Below are positions 61,901 to 64,000 of a DNA stretch of 64,000 nucleotides, piece after piece. The stretch comes from Azolla caroliniana. Taxonomy: Eukaryota > Plantae > Polypodiophyta. The first letter of the stretch is position 1, and each line of letters opens with the position of its first letter. Where the stretch lies: positions 6,572,001-6,636,000 of the forward strand of contig JBHGNT010000004.1 in assembly GCA_043228905.1 (NCBI GenBank). Reading direction: 5' to 3'. Under the pieces are notes generated by a model, which was not told where the DNA came from, ran no database searches, and worked only from the letters and a program-made list of their open reading frames with translations. The position numbers and the translations under genes are program-made.

Positions 61901-64000
61901 TCGGAGTCGACAAAGCTGCTAAAATCAATTGAGGAATATGAGTTGGAGTTGTCCAACTTGGAGATGCCTATTGATGAGCAGAATCCCGAGCAAAGAGAAG
62001 AGTTGGCCGAGACATCCGAAATAGAGCCAACAACGAGTGGAAGAAGATACCCACTCAGAGAAAGGAAGGCACCGATTACATATGCTAGTCAATACATCCT
62101 CTTGACTGATGATGGTGAACCAGAGTGCTATGAAGAAACCATTGCTGACGAGAGCAGAGAAAAATGGCTGAACGCGATGCAAGAGGAGATGGAATCCTTG
62201 CACGTGAATTACACCTACGACCTAGTAGAGCTGCCGAAAGGTAAGAGAGCACTCAGGAATAAATGGGTCTACAAGGTGAAGACTGGAGAAGTTGACAGCG
62301 AGCCCAAGTATAAAGCCCGCATAGTGGTGAAGGGTTTCCAACAGAGGAAGGGTGTCGTCTTTGATGAGATATTCGCACCAGTCGGGAAGATGACATCGAT
62401 TCGAATTGTTCTGAGCATAGCGGCCAACATGGATCTGGAGATCGAACAATTGGATGTGAAAACCGCATTTTTGCACGGGGAGCTAGAAGAAGAAATCTAC
62501 ATGCACCAACTCGAAGGATTTGAGGAGAAAGGGAAAGAGAATCTGGTGTGTCGACTAAGGAAAAGCTTGTACGGTCTGAAACAAGCTCCACACCAATGGT
62601 ACAAGAAGTTTCAGTCCTCCATGATGGAACATCGGTTCAAGAAAACACATGCCGATCATTGTGTGTTCATCAAAAGGTACGAAGAAGGTGATTTCTTGAT
62701 TCTCTTGCTATATGTTGATGATATGTTGATAGTCGGCCAAGATGCAAGGAAGATTGGAAGCTTGAAGAAAGCTCTCGGCAAATCATTTGCCATGAAAGAC
62801 CTTGGACTAGCAAAGCAAATCCTAGGAATGCACATAACCCGAGACAAAGCTCGAAAGGTGCTATGGTTGTCACAACAAAAGTATGTGACGAAGATCCTAG
62901 AGAGGTTCAACATGTCGAACGCAAAGCCGGTCGGCTCAGTGCTGCCGACAAATTGTAGACTAAATGCGAAGCAGTGTCCGAAAGGGCAGAAGGAAAAGAC
63001 TGAGATGAAGAAGGTATCATATGCCTCAGTCGTCGGTAGTCTAATGTATGCTATGGTCTGTACGAGACCGGACATAGCATTTGTTGTGGGAGCAGTAAGC
63101 CGATATATGAGTAATCCAGGGAGAGAACACTAGGTAGCGGTGAAATGGATACTCAAGTACTTAAAGGGCACCTCAGGTGTGTGCCTAAGGTATGGTGTTC
63201 GAAAACCTGTGATATAAGCTTTTACTAATTCAGACATGTCTGGAGATACCGACTCGAGCCGATCCACGTCAGGGTATGTGATGACCTATGCAGGGGGAGC
63301 AATGTCGTGGCAGTCACGACTACAGAAGTCTGTAGCCTTGTCGACTACAAAGGCAAAGTATATGGCAGCGGTAGAAGCCGGAAAAGAGCTGATCTGGATG
63401 AGACATTTTCTCACCGAACTCGGCATGAAGCAAAAGGAGTTCTTGCTTCATTGTGATAGCCAAAGTGCCATAGATCTAGCCAAGAACGTGGCATACCACT
63501 CCCAAACCAAGCACATACAAAGAAGGTATCATTGGTTGCGGGAGAGAGTCGAAGATGGAGATTTTTCTCTTGTGAAGATCCATACTGACGACAATGGATC
63601 TGACATGCTGACGAAGAACCTACCTATGGACACACTCAAAATTTGTCGACAAAATACAGGATTGACAAATTTTCTCCCACAGGAGTGAAGGGGGAGTTTG
63701 TTGGGAAATATGTCCCTCTAGTGTGAGGAAGATCCAACCGTCCGGAAAGCCGACAGTCGAGGAGCCGAGTTGATGAGGGACTCGGCCCAAGCTGAAAGGC
63801 CTCGGCCGAAACCGGAATCGTGTAAATAGCCAACTCGGGAGACTATATTTGTAAATAGTCTAAGTGTGCGCCCCATGAGGGCTACGTATGTAAATAGCTA
63901 GAAAAGTTGTGTAGGTATATACGCAACTAGGGCAAACTTTATGAGTGTAGAAAGGTGTATATATAGAAGTTGTAGTGTATAACAGAGAGAGAGAAGCGTG
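58933..64000 (+). mobile_element. Ty1/copia element H (Tork/Tnt1-like), runs off the window end
   Basis: 5' LTR at 58933-59578 (tgtt...aaca). Degenerate iMet PBS tagcaccagagc. gag-PR-INT-RT-RH at 59607-63688. PPT gaagggggag. 3' LTR starts at 63699. Confidence 0.92.
59607..63688 (+). pseudogene. Element H polyprotein, several stops and frameshifts
   Basis: Motifs CFYCGKPGQFQKDC, IDSGASF, WHKRLGH, TPELNGLAERMNRT, QLDVKTAFLHG, LYVDDML and CDSQSAIDLAKN, spread over at least 7 ORF fragments. Confidence 0.9.

Overview
Land-plant nuclear DNA with GT-AG introns, microsatellites and many LTR retroelements. It is probably a seed-free plant such as a fern or lycophyte, inferred from the retroelement lineages. 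The left half (1-32.4 kb) holds three intron-containing minus-strand genes: a PTAR1-like prenyltransferase alpha-repeat gene (3' end not found in the window), a VAN3-binding/FORKED-like DUF828+PH gene, and a GT4 glycosyltransferase whose catalytic-motif exon looks disrupted. Between them lie a LINE fragment, a hAT-type MITE, a tRNA-derived SINE head, tandem duplications and old gypsy relics. The right half (35.9-64 kb) is a deeply nested LTR-retrotransposon island. It contains two copia relics; four divergent LTRs of a non-chromovirus Ty3/gypsy lineage with TGTC...GACA ends, two showing a tRNA-Trp PBS and two showing 4-bp TSDs; two solo LTRs of another family; a nearly intact chromovirus; and a Tork/Tnt1-like copia with non-matching LTRs. 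All alignments and counts were done by eye, with no database searches.
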